Positions 47,653 through 58,573 are shown, numbered from the stretch's first letter. The stretch: DNA of 64,000 nucleotides from Bacteroidia bacterium (GCA_965216465.1 CBDCFW010000005.1:64001-128000); one strand, 5' to 3'. Notes: generated by a model from the letters alone, not told the origin. A program made the numbers and translations.

Positions 47653-49113
47653 CTATCTCTTAACAGAGTGATCCATTAAGTTGGTGATGAGCACAGTTTG
47701 AGCTTCCTCTTCATTTTTGATTCGGATAAAGCTACCATTTCCTCGTCTTGCCAATTCCTCCATAAAGCCAAGAGCCTTCATTCCATGGCCAAATCCAATA
47801 GTTGAAAGGCGAACATCAGTCTCTTTATTGTGCATGGTTACTTGTCTGAATACTTTACGTTCAGAAAAGTTTTTAGAATTAAACACACCATCGCTTGAAA
47901 GAATAATTTCGTTGTTACCATCTGGAATAAAATTGGCTTCAGCTATTTCGAATGCCATATCCAATCCTTCTTTTCCGTAAGAATGTCCTTTTGCTTCTAA
48001 CTTGCTAATAGCAGACTTCAACTCATCCTTGTCGGCTCCTGATTTATTTTGAAGAATAACCTTCGCTTCGGTCGAATAAACAATTATTGTTACCTTGTCT
48101 TCCGGTCTCAAAACGTCAATCATCTGATTCATACTGTACTTCAAAAGTGGTAGCTTGTCTTCATGACGCATACTTCCTGAAATATCAATCAAGAATACAA
48201 TATGGTTGAATTTGAACAAGGTTGAGCTCAGCTTACCATCATCATCAAATGTCGCGGTGTCAGTTATAACAATTTTCTCTATAATCTCTTCTTCAGGATT
48301 TCGATCTTGTCCGCTATCAGGCTCTGGATCAAGAATAATTTCTGGCGTATAAACAATTTCTGGAGTTGTGGATTCTTCTGAAATTTCAGGTTCTTCCATT
48401 TCTTCAGGATCTGGCTCTGTTTCAGTAAAGACATAAACTTCGCCAATTTCTGGCTCTTCTCGCTCAAGCTCAACAATGGTCACAGGTGACCTGCTGGAGA
48501 TGTAAACCTCCGTATTGGCAATTTTATAATCTTCTTTATCAACCTCAATACGGTACAAATCGGGTTTATCACGACGCAGTCGTATATAAGAATCGTTGCT
48601 ATAAATATGCTCTTGGCTTGAGTTGGTAATTAATTCAAGATCGAAATCATTGAGGCTCTCGCCGGTTTCTTTATCAATAACCCGAATGGTATGCGTAAAT
48701 GATTTTCCAAGTCGCAGGTCGCTGTTATCAATCCTTGGACATACCGTTAAGGCATCAGGATGAAAGCTCACAATTTTACCGCTGATGTTAAATTGAATAG
48801 GTTCAGCAAGCGTGTTAATGTAAAGTTCAACTTGTTCGTCGAATTTTCCGAACTCCTCTGTAAAGTATTGAATACGGATTGTAGTCGATTCACCCGGTTG
48901 GAGCTTTTCCTTGTCTACACCAATTTTAAAACTACTGCTATAGGCCGTAGGTAAGAACAATTGAACTTTAGAACTAGTATTTGTGTATACCGTTTCAAAC
49001 ACGGGATTGTTCCAGTACTTCACTTTACCATAGTTATGGCTGCTTTGTGCTACTCGCTGTCCGAATACAGCAAGTTCTGTAAAAACCCATATGGCAAATA
49101 GTATAACACGCAT
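47653..49113 (-). CDS. Exported DUF1573-like Ig domain plus von Willebrand factor A domain protein
   Basis: LQPGESTTIRI Ig motif; Pro/Glu-rich linker; MIDAS DISGS, SSDG and TIGFG. Confidence 0.8.
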   Translation of the reverse strand: MRVILFAIWVFTELAVFGQRVAQSSHNYGKVKYWNNPVFETVYTNTSSKVQLFLPTAYSSSFKIGVDKEKLQPGESTTIRIQYFTEEFGKFDEQVELYINTLAEPIQFNISGKIVSFHPDALTVCPRIDNSDLRLGKSFTHTIRVIDKETGESLNDFDLELITNSSQEHIYSNDSYIRLRRDKPDLYRIEVDKEDYKIANTEVYISSRSPVTIVELEREEPEIGEVYVFTETEPDPEEMEEPEISEESTTPEIVYTPEIILDPEPDSGQDRNPEEEIIEKIVITDTATFDDDGKLSSTLFKFNHIVFLIDISGSMRHEDKLPLLKYSMNQMIDVLRPEDKVTIIVYSTEAKVILQNKSGADKDELKSAISKLEAKGHSYGKEGLDMAFEIAEANFIPDGNNEIILSSDGVFNSKNFSERKVFRQVTMHNKETDVRLSTIGFGHGMKALGFMEELARRGNGSFIRIKNEEEAQTVLITNLMDHSVKR

Positions 49114-49224
49114 AAAATAGACTAACGCTTTTTTCGTTTATTAATTTTATACAACAATACCTATACCATTGCAAAAAGCATTAAAATTGACCCAATTACA
49201 TTAGCCTCCTTAAATTAGTCCCCT

Positions 49225-50112
49225 TTGGTTAACTATTACAAAATATTAGGCATAGAGAATTATGCAACACTTGAGCAGGTAAAAGTGGCTTACAAAAACA
49301 AGATCAGACTTTATCACCCCGATCTTAACCCTAGCCCTGATGCTGCTGAAATTGCCAAACATCTTAATGTTGCCAAGGAAGCTTTAGAAACTCCTGAAAA
49401 GAAATTAGCCTACGACAAACAGCTTAAGTATGCTTACCTATTAGAAATACAACGGTTAAAAAGTAAGCCAAAAAAAAGCTATTGGCAGAGCCTATCGCGA
49501 AGAGAGCGAAAGGCTAAAATGGAAGAAGCAAAGAAGTTAAAAGTAAAAAAACAATACGAGGAAAGCTTAACACGGTTTCCACTTAAGCTTAGAATCTTTG
49601 GCTTGATTGTAATTATTGCTTGGGGCCTGCAAATCTTCTACACGCATTATTTTGTTTTATATGGAACCACCGATATGGTTTACAACCTATTAGGGCTCAC
49701 ACTATTTGCCACGGGTGTTGGAATTGCAACCAATCAGATTTACACCCATTACATGGTGAAGTCAATTAAACAAGCATTACGATTTCACTACGAAAAGTTT
49801 GCCACTTGGTTTTTTGTTTTAAGTCTTATAGTGGGACCTGCTAGTGTAAGCTTACTCAATCAAGTACGAAAGAATTATTTGCTAAACAATCACTATGAAG
49901 TATACGAAGCTCGTGTAGAAATTGACAAATCTAATTTTGACTATGTGATTGTTTCTTACAATATAGATGGTAAGCATTACGACAAAAGACTCGAATATCC
50001 ATCTATGGACATCATCTATAATAACAAAAAAAGTCTGACGATTAAATATGCTTCTTCCGACCCCAGAATAGCCGAAATAGTTGAGCAGCCTTATATTAAA
50101 TCTTCAAGATAA
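49225..50112 (+). CDS. DnaJ-domain membrane protein
   Basis: NYYKILG and YHPD J-domain followed by about three TM helices. Confidence 0.85.
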   Translation: MVNYYKILGIENYATLEQVKVAYKNKIRLYHPDLNPSPDAAEIAKHLNVAKEALETPEKKLAYDKQLKYAYLLEIQRLKSKPKKSYWQSLSRRERKAKMEEAKKLKVKKQYEESLTRFPLKLRIFGLIVIIAWGLQIFYTHYFVLYGTTDMVYNLLGLTLFATGVGIATNQIYTHYMVKSIKQALRFHYEKFATWFFVLSLIVGPASVSLLNQVRKNYLLNNHYEVYEARVEIDKSNFDYVIVSYNIDGKHYDKRLEYPSMDIIYNNKKSLTIKYASSDPRIAEIVEQPYIKSSR

Positions 50113-52588
50113 ATCGAAGATTTAACCTTCTACCTGTCAAGTAATTAGGCACACCATACACGTTATTGGAGAAGTCTTTAACCAGCACATATGAAATGGT
50201 ATTATTTACTTGCAGTAAGTTAAATATTTCTAGACTCATCCATAGAGAGTTTGCGTCTTTCAACCATTCCGGTCTTTTTTTGGTGTCTTGGTCGATTAAC
50301 ACCTTCGAAAATCCTATATCTACTCTTCGGTAAGCCGGAATTGTAAAGCCTTCTTTATGGCGGTTATTTCCATCGAAAAAGAATGGAACACGAGAGCCAT
50401 AAACCAAGCTTAAATTCATTTTATAGCTAGGATTTTGGGGCAACTCATCTTGGAACATGATTGAGAAATTAACGCGTTGATCTGTAGGTCTTCTAAGCCA
50501 ATCGCTTAATTGTTCATTTCCAGCTTCATCTGTGTAGTACAGTCGCTCCTTTGTCTGCAGAAGTGAGAAATTAAACCAGCTTTCAACACCTTCAATAAAC
50601 TCTCCATTCACCCTTGCATCAAATCCAGCAGCATAACCTTTTGAAGAATTATCAGCTAAGTATCGAATTCTTACGTTGTCAACCACATAGGGAATCATAC
50701 GATCTAAATCTTTATAATACACCTCGCTAATGAACTTAAATGGACGATTCCATGCCTTAAAATTCATGTCACCGCCTAAAACAAAATGAATCGATTTTTG
50801 AGCTCTAATATCGGGGTTCAATTGACCATCTAAACCTCTGAGCTCTCTATAAAATGGCGGTTGGTAGTAATATCCTGCTGCGAACTTCACAACCCAATCG
50901 CGTTTGTACATCGAATCGTGCTTTAGGGTGTCTGCAATAGCTCTAATACTATCATTAAACGGCTTGTTTGGTTTTACGGAGAGTTGTACTCTTGGACTCA
51001 AAACGGTTTCGCCGTTATAGCTCCAATAATTGGCACGCAAGCCATAAGTCGTTCTAAAATCATAGGCATCATTCAAGCGTTGGTTGTTTTGAATATACCC
51101 CATGGTCCTGAACGTTTGAAGATCAACACTTGCCTTTAAGAACTCGTCAAGAACAATGGCATTTTTTAAGCTCGTGTCGGTCGTCGTGCTAATATTATAT
51201 TGACTGCTATCGTTATATCTCCATTCTTTAAGATTATCTGTTATTGTTTCGTTGGTGTAGCGAACGCCCCAGCTTGTTGTAGCCTTCTCCCCGAAGTACT
51301 TTCCTTTAAAAGATGCGGTATACACATTTGCACTTAAATCATTTCGTGCGTGGTCAATAAAGTAGCCCAACCCAAGAATTCTCTTAACATTAGCAAAATC
51401 ATTTGAACCTAGATTTGTTTCAAGTTCAGAAAGACGGTAAGCTCCTTCTACAGTAAAATGCTCTCTTTCAGTAGTGTTGTAGGCAGAAGTATTTAGCCTT
51501 AAATCTAATCTATCGGTAGGTTTATAAACCAAGCTTAATCCGTTCATAAGCGTGGTGTACTGCATCAACTCTTGGCCTCCAAATGCAATATTCAGACTGA
51601 GAGCGCTATTAATATTCCCAAAACTTGTTCTTCTTGATTGTGGTACTACGAGATATCTATTCTGCGAGGCAGTAGAAAGAAGCGACAAACTTAAATCAGA
51701 ACTAAATCTGTATTTCAACAAGGCTTGAATGTCATAAAATCGCGGCTTGTAATCTCCTTGTACATCAAGGCTTCCTAACAAATATTGATTTGTACGGTAC
51801 CGTGCACCGAATAAATAGGTGAAACGCTCTCCGACTTTATCTTCGGCGTGAAAATTCACACCAAGCAAGCTGGCCTGAACGGTTGACGAAAACGAGTCGG
51901 CCTCTCGATACTTAATGTCTAGTACTGATGAAAGTTTATCTCCATATTTAGCTTGAAACCCACCGGCGGAGAACTCAACATAATCTACCAAGTCGGGATT
52001 GATCACACTCAGACCTTCTTGTTGACCGCTTCGAACTAGGAAAGGACGATACACTTCTATATCATTAATGTATACCAGATTCTCATCGAAGTTTCCTCCT
52101 CTAACACTGTAACCAGAAGACAATTCTCCTCCTGCCGTGCTGATGCCAATAGCCGTAATTTTTAAATTTGTCTCAAAACCACCTGTATTAGCAAATCTTT
52201 CAAGCTTTTTAGGTTCTATTCTGATAACTGAAGGATACTCTCTAACCTTCTCACCAGTAACAACAGCACCTCTAATAACCGTGGTATAATCTAAGCTTAT
52301 ATCAAGTCGAACAACTTCACCTGGTTTTACCTTGCCGACTGTGTGTTGTACAGCTGCTTTGGTATAACTGACCTGAACTGTAAATACCTCATTCGCAGGT
52401 ATCGCAATCGCGTACGAGCCGTTCATAATGCTATATGTTGTGTTGCCCGTCTCTTTGATCTTTATAAATGCATTGTTTATCGGGTAGTTATTCTTGTCGT
52501 AAACCGTTCCTTTAAGAATTGCTGTATTTTGAGCAAAACCTACGCAAGCCGCAAATACGAATAGATATGATAGTAAAGCAGATTTCAA
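50096..52588 (-). CDS. TonB-dependent receptor-like outer membrane protein
   Basis: Carboxypeptidase-regulatory-like N-domain; plug motifs YSVRGGNFDENLVY and FSAGGFQAKYGDKLSSVLDI; beta-barrel C-terminus. Confidence 0.88.
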   Translation of the reverse strand: MKSALLSYLFVFAACVGFAQNTAILKGTVYDKNNYPINNAFIKIKETGNTTYSIMNGSYAIAIPANEVFTVQVSYTKAAVQHTVGKVKPGEVVRLDISLDYTTVIRGAVVTGEKVREYPSVIRIEPKKLERFANTGGFETNLKITAIGISTAGGELSSGYSVRGGNFDENLVYINDIEVYRPFLVRSGQQEGLSVINPDLVDYVEFSAGGFQAKYGDKLSSVLDIKYREADSFSSTVQASLLGVNFHAEDKVGERFTYLFGARYRTNQYLLGSLDVQGDYKPRFYDIQALLKYRFSSDLSLSLLSTASQNRYLVVPQSRRTSFGNINSALSLNIAFGGQELMQYTTLMNGLSLVYKPTDRLDLRLNTSAYNTTEREHFTVEGAYRLSELETNLGSNDFANVKRILGLGYFIDHARNDLSANVYTASFKGKYFGEKATTSWGVRYTNETITDNLKEWRYNDSSQYNISTTTDTSLKNAIVLDEFLKASVDLQTFRTMGYIQNNQRLNDAYDFRTTYGLRANYWSYNGETVLSPRVQLSVKPNKPFNDSIRAIADTLKHDSMYKRDWVVKFAAGYYYQPPFYRELRGLDGQLNPDIRAQKSIHFVLGGDMNFKAWNRPFKFISEVYYKDLDRMIPYVVDNVRIRYLADNSSKGYAAGFDARVNGEFIEGVESWFNFSLLQTKERLYYTDEAGNEQLSDWLRRPTDQRVNFSIMFQDELPQNPSYKMNLSLVYGSRVPFFFDGNNRHKEGFTIPAYRRVDIGFSKVLIDQDTKKRPEWLKDANSLWMSLEIFNLLQVNNTISYVLVKDFSNNVYGVPNYLTGRRLNLRFILKI

Positions 52589-52615
52589 AAAAATAGTAAC
52601 GCAGTTGTTTCTATA

Positions 52616-53263
52616 CTATTGTTTCAGTGCTAAAATAGTCTCTTGAGGATTTGAAGAACTGAACACCGTGTTTCCTGCGACTAGTACGTTAGCACCACAT
52701 TCAAGCAGTTTTTGATAGTTCTCCAAATTAACCCCTCCATCTACTTCAATATGAGGAGTATGATTTTTCATTTCTGAGATGTTCTTCAATTGCTGCAATT
52801 TAGCGTAGGTGTTTTCAATAAATGACTGGCCCCCAAATCCAGGATTCACACTCATAACACAAATTAGATCGATTTCTTTATAAACTTCATTTAGCAAGTG
52901 AACCGGGGTGTGAGGATTTATTGCAACCCCTGCCATTGCTCCAGCATCTTTAATAGCAGCTAATGTTCTATGCAAGTGAGTGCATGCTTCATAATGCACT
53001 GTGATTACTTCAGCTCCAGCATCTGCAAATTGTTGAATATAACGATCAGGCTCAACGATCATTAGATGTACGTCAAGCGGTTTCTGAGCATATTTCTTAA
53101 GGGTTTTCATTACAGGAAAGCCAAATGAAATATTCGGCACAAAAACACCGTCCATTACATCTACATGAAACCAATCGGCCTCACTGTCGTTTATCATCTC
53201 AATATCTTTTCTTAAATCACCAAAATCTGCTGACAGAATGGATGGAGCTACTTTATGAATCAT
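52616..53263 (-). CDS. rpe: Ribulose-phosphate 3-epimerase
   Basis: APSILSADF, HVDVMDGVFVPN, MSVNPGFGGQ and EVDGG. Confidence 0.97.
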   Translation of the reverse strand: MIHKVAPSILSADFGDLRKDIEMINDSEADWFHVDVMDGVFVPNISFGFPVMKTLKKYAQKPLDVHLMIVEPDRYIQQFADAGAEVITVHYEACTHLHRTLAAIKDAGAMAGVAINPHTPVHLLNEVYKEIDLICVMSVNPGFGGQSFIENTYAKLQQLKNISEMKNHTPHIEVDGGVNLENYQKLLECGANVLVAGNTVFSSSNPQETILALKQ

Positions 53264-53548
53264 TTAATAAAATTTTATGTCTTTGATTAATTCCTTTTGT
53301 GCAAATTTATTTACCTTTTCTATAAGCACTAATTTATGATATCTTAATTCGTTTTTTAGTGGTGCTGAGGTTAAAGTAAGATGTAAAATCTGATTATTGA
53401 TAAACACTTTTGAAGTCTTTTGTGCGATAACCTTTCCTACTATTTGTTCCCAACTGTTAACCACACCTATTTCATCATATTTATCGCCAAGTTTATACGA
53501 CTTGAACAGGCTCTTAACCAGATCTTTGAATGATTTCTCGTCTTCCAC
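53264..53548 (-). CDS. DUF721 / DciA-like protein
   Basis: WEQIVG, SAPLKNEL; lies immediately downstream of recF. Confidence 0.85.
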   Translation of the reverse strand: MEDEKSFKDLVKSLFKSYKLGDKYDEIGVVNSWEQIVGKVIAQKTSKVFINNQILHLTLTSAPLKNELRYHKLVLIEKVNKFAQKELIKDIKFY

Positions 53549-54616
53549 TTAACTTAAATTTTCTATTTGGTATGGCTTACCTATTTGTTCGCAAAAATTT
53601 TGCAAACGTTCTGCATTGGTATCGGTAATAAATATTTGTCCAAAGTTATCATTTTTAATGATGCTCGTTAGCACTTGGGCTCTTTGATCATCTATTTTTT
53701 CAAAAATGTCGTCGAGAAGAAGAAAAGGCAGTAGATTTTTCTGCTTCGATATGAATGAATACTCTGCAAGTTTTAAGGCAATTAAGGCAGATTTAATCTG
53801 CCCCTGAGACCCATATTTTCTTAAGCTCACATCGTTTAAATCGATTTCCAACTCGTCTTTATGAACTCCACTAAAACTTCGCTGAACGGCTATATCCTTT
53901 GCTCTATTTTCTTTCACCAATTCTGCATACGATTTTGAGGCCAATTGGCTGATGTAACGCAATTGAATTTCTTCTGTATCTTGGGCAAGTGCTACATACT
54001 GACGTTGGAATTCTTCAGAAAAGTCGCTTAAGAATGAAGTTCTTTTACTATAAATATGATCTGCCAGAGGTTCAAGTTGATCATCTAGAGACTGTAATAA
54101 AGTTTCGTCAGTATATTCTTCCTTTAAATGCTTATTTCGATGCTCGATTAATTTCTTGTATTTAACTAAGTCTTCGAGATACTCTCGGTCTGTTTGACTT
54201 AAAATCTCGTTCACAAAGTTCCTACGAACTGAATTAGATCCGTAAATGATTTCAATATCACCGGGTGCTATTACAACAGCTACAAACTGCCCAACGTGCT
54301 CAATATTTCGTTTGTAAGCCACACCATTTTTCTCAATTGCCTTTCGACCACCTCTTTTCAGTTTTACTTTTAGTGCAATTTCATCATCAAGAGTCAACTT
54401 TGCTCGAATGCCAGCAATGGCCTGTTCGTTGTGAATGCATTGAACATCTGTAGATGAGAAATACGACTTTCCTACACACAAAAAATAAATAGCATCAAGT
54501 ATGCTAGTTTTGCCTGCACCATTAAGGCCCGCGATGGCAACTACATCATTTTGAACGGCTAAATTTAATTCCAAATGATTTTTAAAATTAACGAGTGATA
54601 ATTGGTGGATATTCAA
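53549..54616 (-). CDS. recF: DNA replication/repair protein RecF
   Basis: NFKN, GLNGAGKTS (Walker A), GSQGQ and LLLDD. Start set at TTG 54616 to avoid overlap with pdhA. Confidence 0.93.
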   Translation of the reverse strand: MNIHQLSLVNFKNHLELNLAVQNDVVAIAGLNGAGKTSILDAIYFLCVGKSYFSSTDVQCIHNEQAIAGIRAKLTLDDEIALKVKLKRGGRKAIEKNGVAYKRNIEHVGQFVAVVIAPGDIEIIYGSNSVRRNFVNEILSQTDREYLEDLVKYKKLIEHRNKHLKEEYTDETLLQSLDDQLEPLADHIYSKRTSFLSDFSEEFQRQYVALAQDTEEIQLRYISQLASKSYAELVKENRAKDIAVQRSFSGVHKDELEIDLNDVSLRKYGSQGQIKSALIALKLAEYSFISKQKNLLPFLLLDDIFEKIDDQRAQVLTSIIKNDNFGQIFITDTNAERLQNFCEQIGKPYQIENLS

Positions 54617-54643
54617 GTGTTCTTTTTGAGGAATTAAAATTGT

Positions 54644-54651
54644 TATTTTTG
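54644..54651 (+). promoter_or_regulatory. Bacteroidota -7 element (TATTTTTG) for pdhA
   Basis: TAnnTTTG 16 bp before the pdhA ATG. Confidence 0.55.
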
Positions 54652-54667
54652 CCGCTCCAAATATAAA

Positions 54668-55660
54668 ATGGCAAAAGCAAAACACACTAAAAATACTTAC
54701 ATCGATTGGTACAAATTGATGTTATTAATAAGAAGGTTTGAAGAGAAATCAGCTCAAATGTATGGTCAAAACAAAATCAGAGGATTTTGTCACTTGTATA
54801 TTGGGCAGGAAGCAGTAGTTGCTGGTTTAGCTTCTGCAAAGCAAGATGGAGACAAGGTGATTACAGCGTATCGAGATCATGGTCATGCATTAGCAATGGG
54901 CATGTCTGCAGGTTCGGTTATGGCTGAGTTATTTGGTCGAGTTGACGGTTGCAGTAAAGGTAAAGGTGGTAGTATGCACATGTTCTCTAAAGAGCACAAT
55001 TTCTTTGGAGGCCATGGTATTGTAGGAGGACAAATTCCTCTTGGAGCTGGTATTGCACTTGCTGAGCAATACAACGGAACCGACAATGTATGCTTTTGCT
55101 ATATGGGAGATGGAGCTGTTCGTCAAGGAGCACTTCACGAAGCTTTTAACATGGCTATGCTTTGGAAACTTCCAGTAGTATTCATATGCGAAAACAACAA
55201 CTACGCGATGGGAACATCGGTTGAAAGAACTACCAATGTATTAGACATTTCTAAAATTGCATTAGGATACGATATGCCTTCTGAGCAAGTAGACGGAATG
55301 AGCTGTGAAGCGGTTCACGAATCAATGAAGCGTACTGCCGATAGAGCTAGAAAAGGTGAAGGACCAACTTTTGTTGAGCTTAAAACCTATCGTTATCGAG
55401 GTCATTCAATGTCTGACCCTGCTAAATACAGAACTAAAGAAGAGGTTGAAGACTACAAAAAAGTTGATCCTATTGAAGTGGTAAAAGAGACCATTTTGAA
55501 GGAAAAATACCTTAGTCAGAAACAATTAGACCAGATAGAGGAAGACATTGAAAAAGACGTTCAAGAAGCAGTTGAATTTGCAGAAAATTCACCTTTCCCT
55601 GATGCGTCAGAATTATATACAGATGTATATGTTGATGAATATCCATTTATTGTAGAATAA
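54668..55660 (+). CDS. pdhA: Pyruvate dehydrogenase E1 alpha subunit
   Basis: GFCHLYIGQEA, GKGGSMH, GDGA...ENN TPP motif and YRYRGHSMSDP. Confidence 0.96.
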   Translation: MAKAKHTKNTYIDWYKLMLLIRRFEEKSAQMYGQNKIRGFCHLYIGQEAVVAGLASAKQDGDKVITAYRDHGHALAMGMSAGSVMAELFGRVDGCSKGKGGSMHMFSKEHNFFGGHGIVGGQIPLGAGIALAEQYNGTDNVCFCYMGDGAVRQGALHEAFNMAMLWKLPVVFICENNNYAMGTSVERTTNVLDISKIALGYDMPSEQVDGMSCEAVHESMKRTADRARKGEGPTFVELKTYRYRGHSMSDPAKYRTKEEVEDYKKVDPIEVVKETILKEKYLSQKQLDQIEEDIEKDVQEAVEFAENSPFPDASELYTDVYVDEYPFIVE

Positions 55661-55687
55661 GTATATTTTTGCAAACTTTTAAAGGAA

Positions 55688-56362
55688 ATGAGCACAGAAG
55701 AACAAATCTCACAAATCAAAGGTGTTGATACCATCAAAGAATTCTACACTTCAAATAAAAAGAACATCAATATTGCAGGTATAGGATTATTCCTTGCTAT
55801 GTTAGGTGTTATATACTGCGTTTATGTACTTCAACCAGCTAAGGTTAGAGATGCTGGAAACAGTTTCTTTACTGCTGAGCGTTATTTCCACTCAGATTCT
55901 CTTGACCTTGCATTAAATGGTGATGGAGTTAATTTAGGTATGCTTGATATTGCCGACGAATTTGGTTCAACAAAAATTGGAGAGATGGCTTCTTTTTATG
56001 CTGGAAGAATTTACTTAGAAAAAGGTCAATATGAAGATGCTCTTGACTACTTGGAAAGCACTAGCTTCGGAGATGAAGTAATGCATGCTCAAGTTAAGAC
56101 GCTTATAGGAGATTGTCATTCTGAACTAGGTGATTATAGCACAGCAGGTGACAAATACATGAAAGCAGCAAATTCTAGAGAAAATAACTTTACCACTCCA
56201 ATTGCTTTACGCAAGGCAGGTGAAGCTTATGAAGAAGCAGGAGAGTACTCGGATGCACTAAAGGCATTCAACAGATTGAAAGAAGATTTCAAAGAGACTC
56301 GAGAAGCTATTCAAGTTGAAGCAAAAATTGCTCGAGTTGAAGCAAAAATTGCAGCCGAGTAA
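55688..56362 (+). CDS. Membrane-anchored TPR protein (YfgM-like)
   Basis: N-terminal TM, ALNGDG motif and TPR helices; coupled to ribH. Confidence 0.85.
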   Translation: MSTEEQISQIKGVDTIKEFYTSNKKNINIAGIGLFLAMLGVIYCVYVLQPAKVRDAGNSFFTAERYFHSDSLDLALNGDGVNLGMLDIADEFGSTKIGEMASFYAGRIYLEKGQYEDALDYLESTSFGDEVMHAQVKTLIGDCHSELGDYSTAGDKYMKAANSRENNFTTPIALRKAGEAYEEAGEYSDALKAFNRLKEDFKETREAIQVEAKIARVEAKIAAE

Positions 56363-56835
56363 TGGCTGATTACGCAAATCAAGATTTTCTAAAAGAGAAG
56401 ATTCATCTTCCTGATTCTGATCTAAAGATTGGAGTTGTAACCGCCTTGTGGAATACCGCTGTTACCTTCAAACTAAAAGATGGTGCAATTTCAACACTTC
56501 TTGCAGCTGGTATTAAAGAGGAGAATATTGTTGAATGGGATGTTCCTGGCTCTTACGAACTAATTTATGGAGCGAACAAGCTCGCCTCGCAAGGACTTGA
56601 CGCCGTAATCTGTATTGGTGTCGTAATTCAGGGCGAAACACGACATTTCGATTTCATCTGCGACGCAGTTGCAAACGGAATTGCCAACGTGACCATTAAA
56701 CACAATATTCCTGTTGCTTTTGGAGTGCTGACCACTGACAATCAGGAGCAAGCTATTGAGCGTTCAGGAGGTAAGCATGGCCATAAAGGAATGGAGGCCG
56801 CTTGGACCGTACTTAAATTACTTGAAAAGGCTTAG
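56362..56835 (+). CDS. ribH: 6,7-dimethyl-8-ribityllumazine synthase
   Basis: VPGSYEL, GVVIQGETRHF, FGVLTT and RSGGKHGHKG. Confidence 0.96.
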   Translation: MADYANQDFLKEKIHLPDSDLKIGVVTALWNTAVTFKLKDGAISTLLAAGIKEENIVEWDVPGSYELIYGANKLASQGLDAVICIGVVIQGETRHFDFICDAVANGIANVTIKHNIPVAFGVLTTDNQEQAIERSGGKHGHKGMEAAWTVLKLLEKA

Positions 56836-56842
56836 TTAGCTC

Positions 56843-57457
56843 TTAGAATAGACCGTTAATCTCAGCATCAATCTTGCTGATGATGTTACCCAAGTGTTCT
56901 GGATTATTTTCAAAATCGATATCATCAACATCAATAATTAGGAGTTTACCTTCCTTGTATGTTGAAATCCATGCTTCGTAGCGCTCGTTAAGACGCTTGA
57001 GGTAGTCTAATCGAATTGAATCTTCATATTCTCTTCCGCGTGTTTGAATTTGACTTACCAGATTTCCTATTGAGCTTCTTAAGTAAATCAATAAATCAGG
57101 AGCATCAATAGAAGTTTTAATGTTAGAGAACAATGCCTGATAGGTATCAAAATCTCTTGTGCTCATTAAACCCATCGCGTGTAGGTTCGGAGCGAAAATG
57201 TATGCATCTTCATAAATTGTTCGATCCTGAACAACGGTATTTGGGTTGCTTTTTGATCGAATCAAGCTACTAAATCGAGTATGCAAGAAATAGATCTGAA
57301 GATTGAACGACCAGCGTTGCATGTCGTCATAAAAATCAGTAATGTATGGATTGTCGTCCATGGCTTCAAACTGTGCTTCCCACTCGTAATGTTTTGCCAA
57401 AAGTTTGGTAAGGGTAGTTTTTCCTGATCCTATGTTTCCTGCTACTGCAATATGCAT
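56843..57457 (-). CDS. Deoxynucleoside kinase
   Basis: GNIGSGKTT, LQIYFL, QDRTIYED and RGREYE. Confidence 0.93.
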   Translation of the reverse strand: MHIAVAGNIGSGKTTLTKLLAKHYEWEAQFEAMDDNPYITDFYDDMQRWSFNLQIYFLHTRFSSLIRSKSNPNTVVQDRTIYEDAYIFAPNLHAMGLMSTRDFDTYQALFSNIKTSIDAPDLLIYLRSSIGNLVSQIQTRGREYEDSIRLDYLKRLNERYEAWISTYKEGKLLIIDVDDIDFENNPEHLGNIISKIDAEINGLF

Positions 57458-57498
57458 TTTTCTCTAGTTTTTGGTTTTGATAATTGGTTTACAAATAT

Positions 57499-58497
57499 TT
57501 AATAAAACTTTCTGAAGCCAATAATATTTCGGACTTCTTGTAATGTTTTTTCTGCACTTTCATTTGCTTTCTCAGCTCCTATCATTGCTGCTTCTGAAAG
57601 TGCTTTCTCATCATTTTTGAAGTGATGAATCTTCTCTCTAATGGGTTGAACAAATGCTAAAACATCTTCCGCTAACTGTTTCTTGAAATCACCATAGCGA
57701 ATTTCTGCTTTGGCATGAAGATCATCGAAGTGATCAATTGTAGATTGATCTGAAACCAAAGCCATCAAGTCAAATAAGTTCTGAATTTCTGGCGATTTCT
57801 CTTCATTTAATCCTTGCGGTCCACTGTCAGTTTTAGCCCGCATAATCTTCTTGTGAATCACCTTGTCTTCTTCATCAAAAACAATAGTATCAGCATCACC
57901 AGACGATTTACTCATCTTACCTTGACCCGTTAAACCTGGAACTTTGACGAGCTTTCCAGAAGAGCTATATGCTTCAGGCTGCTTGAAATATTCCTGGTTA
58001 TATAAATTGTTAAAGCGATTCGCAAACTGTCGTGTCATCTCCAAATGTTGTTGCTGGTCTTTTCCTACCGGCACAAAATCAGCGTGATGGGCGAGTATAT
58101 CAACTGCCATTAAAACCGGATAAGTTAACAAGCCAGCATTAACATTGTCGGGCTGCGTTCTAATCTTTTCCTTAAATGAAGCTGATCGCTGCAATTCTCC
58201 CAAGTAGGCATTCATGTTCATGTACGTGTACAACTCGCTAATTGCACGAACATCACTCTGAATAAACAAAGCACATTTGTTTGGGTCAACTCCCATTGCC
58301 AAATGTTCTGCAAGTACTTGCTTAATGTTTTGATGAAGGTTCTCTGGAGTGGGATGCGTAGTTAGAGAGTGAATATCAGCAATAAAGAAAAAGCAATCAT
58401 GCTCTTCTTGCATCTGCAAAAAACTTTTAACGGCTCCAAAGTAATTCCCTAAATGGAGTTTTCCGGTTGGTCTAATTCCTGATACTACTCTTGACAT
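57499..58497 (-). CDS. trpS: Tryptophan--tRNA ligase
   Basis: SGIRPTGKLHLGNY, YPVLMAVDI, PVGKDQ and KMSKS. Confidence 0.96.
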   Translation of the reverse strand: MSRVVSGIRPTGKLHLGNYFGAVKSFLQMQEEHDCFFFIADIHSLTTHPTPENLHQNIKQVLAEHLAMGVDPNKCALFIQSDVRAISELYTYMNMNAYLGELQRSASFKEKIRTQPDNVNAGLLTYPVLMAVDILAHHADFVPVGKDQQQHLEMTRQFANRFNNLYNQEYFKQPEAYSSSGKLVKVPGLTGQGKMSKSSGDADTIVFDEEDKVIHKKIMRAKTDSGPQGLNEEKSPEIQNLFDLMALVSDQSTIDHFDDLHAKAEIRYGDFKKQLAEDVLAFVQPIREKIHHFKNDEKALSEAAMIGAEKANESAEKTLQEVRNIIGFRKFY

Positions 58498-58573
58498 TTG
58501 TTCAAAATCGGCTCAAAAATATACGGTCGTATGGCAATTACCAATGATGTGGATATTTATATGGCAGAGGAGT

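Noticed and set aside
54617-54685. Apparent head-to-head overlap of recF and pdhA
   Set aside because: RecF homology begins at TTG 54616. The extension covers the divergent promoter region.
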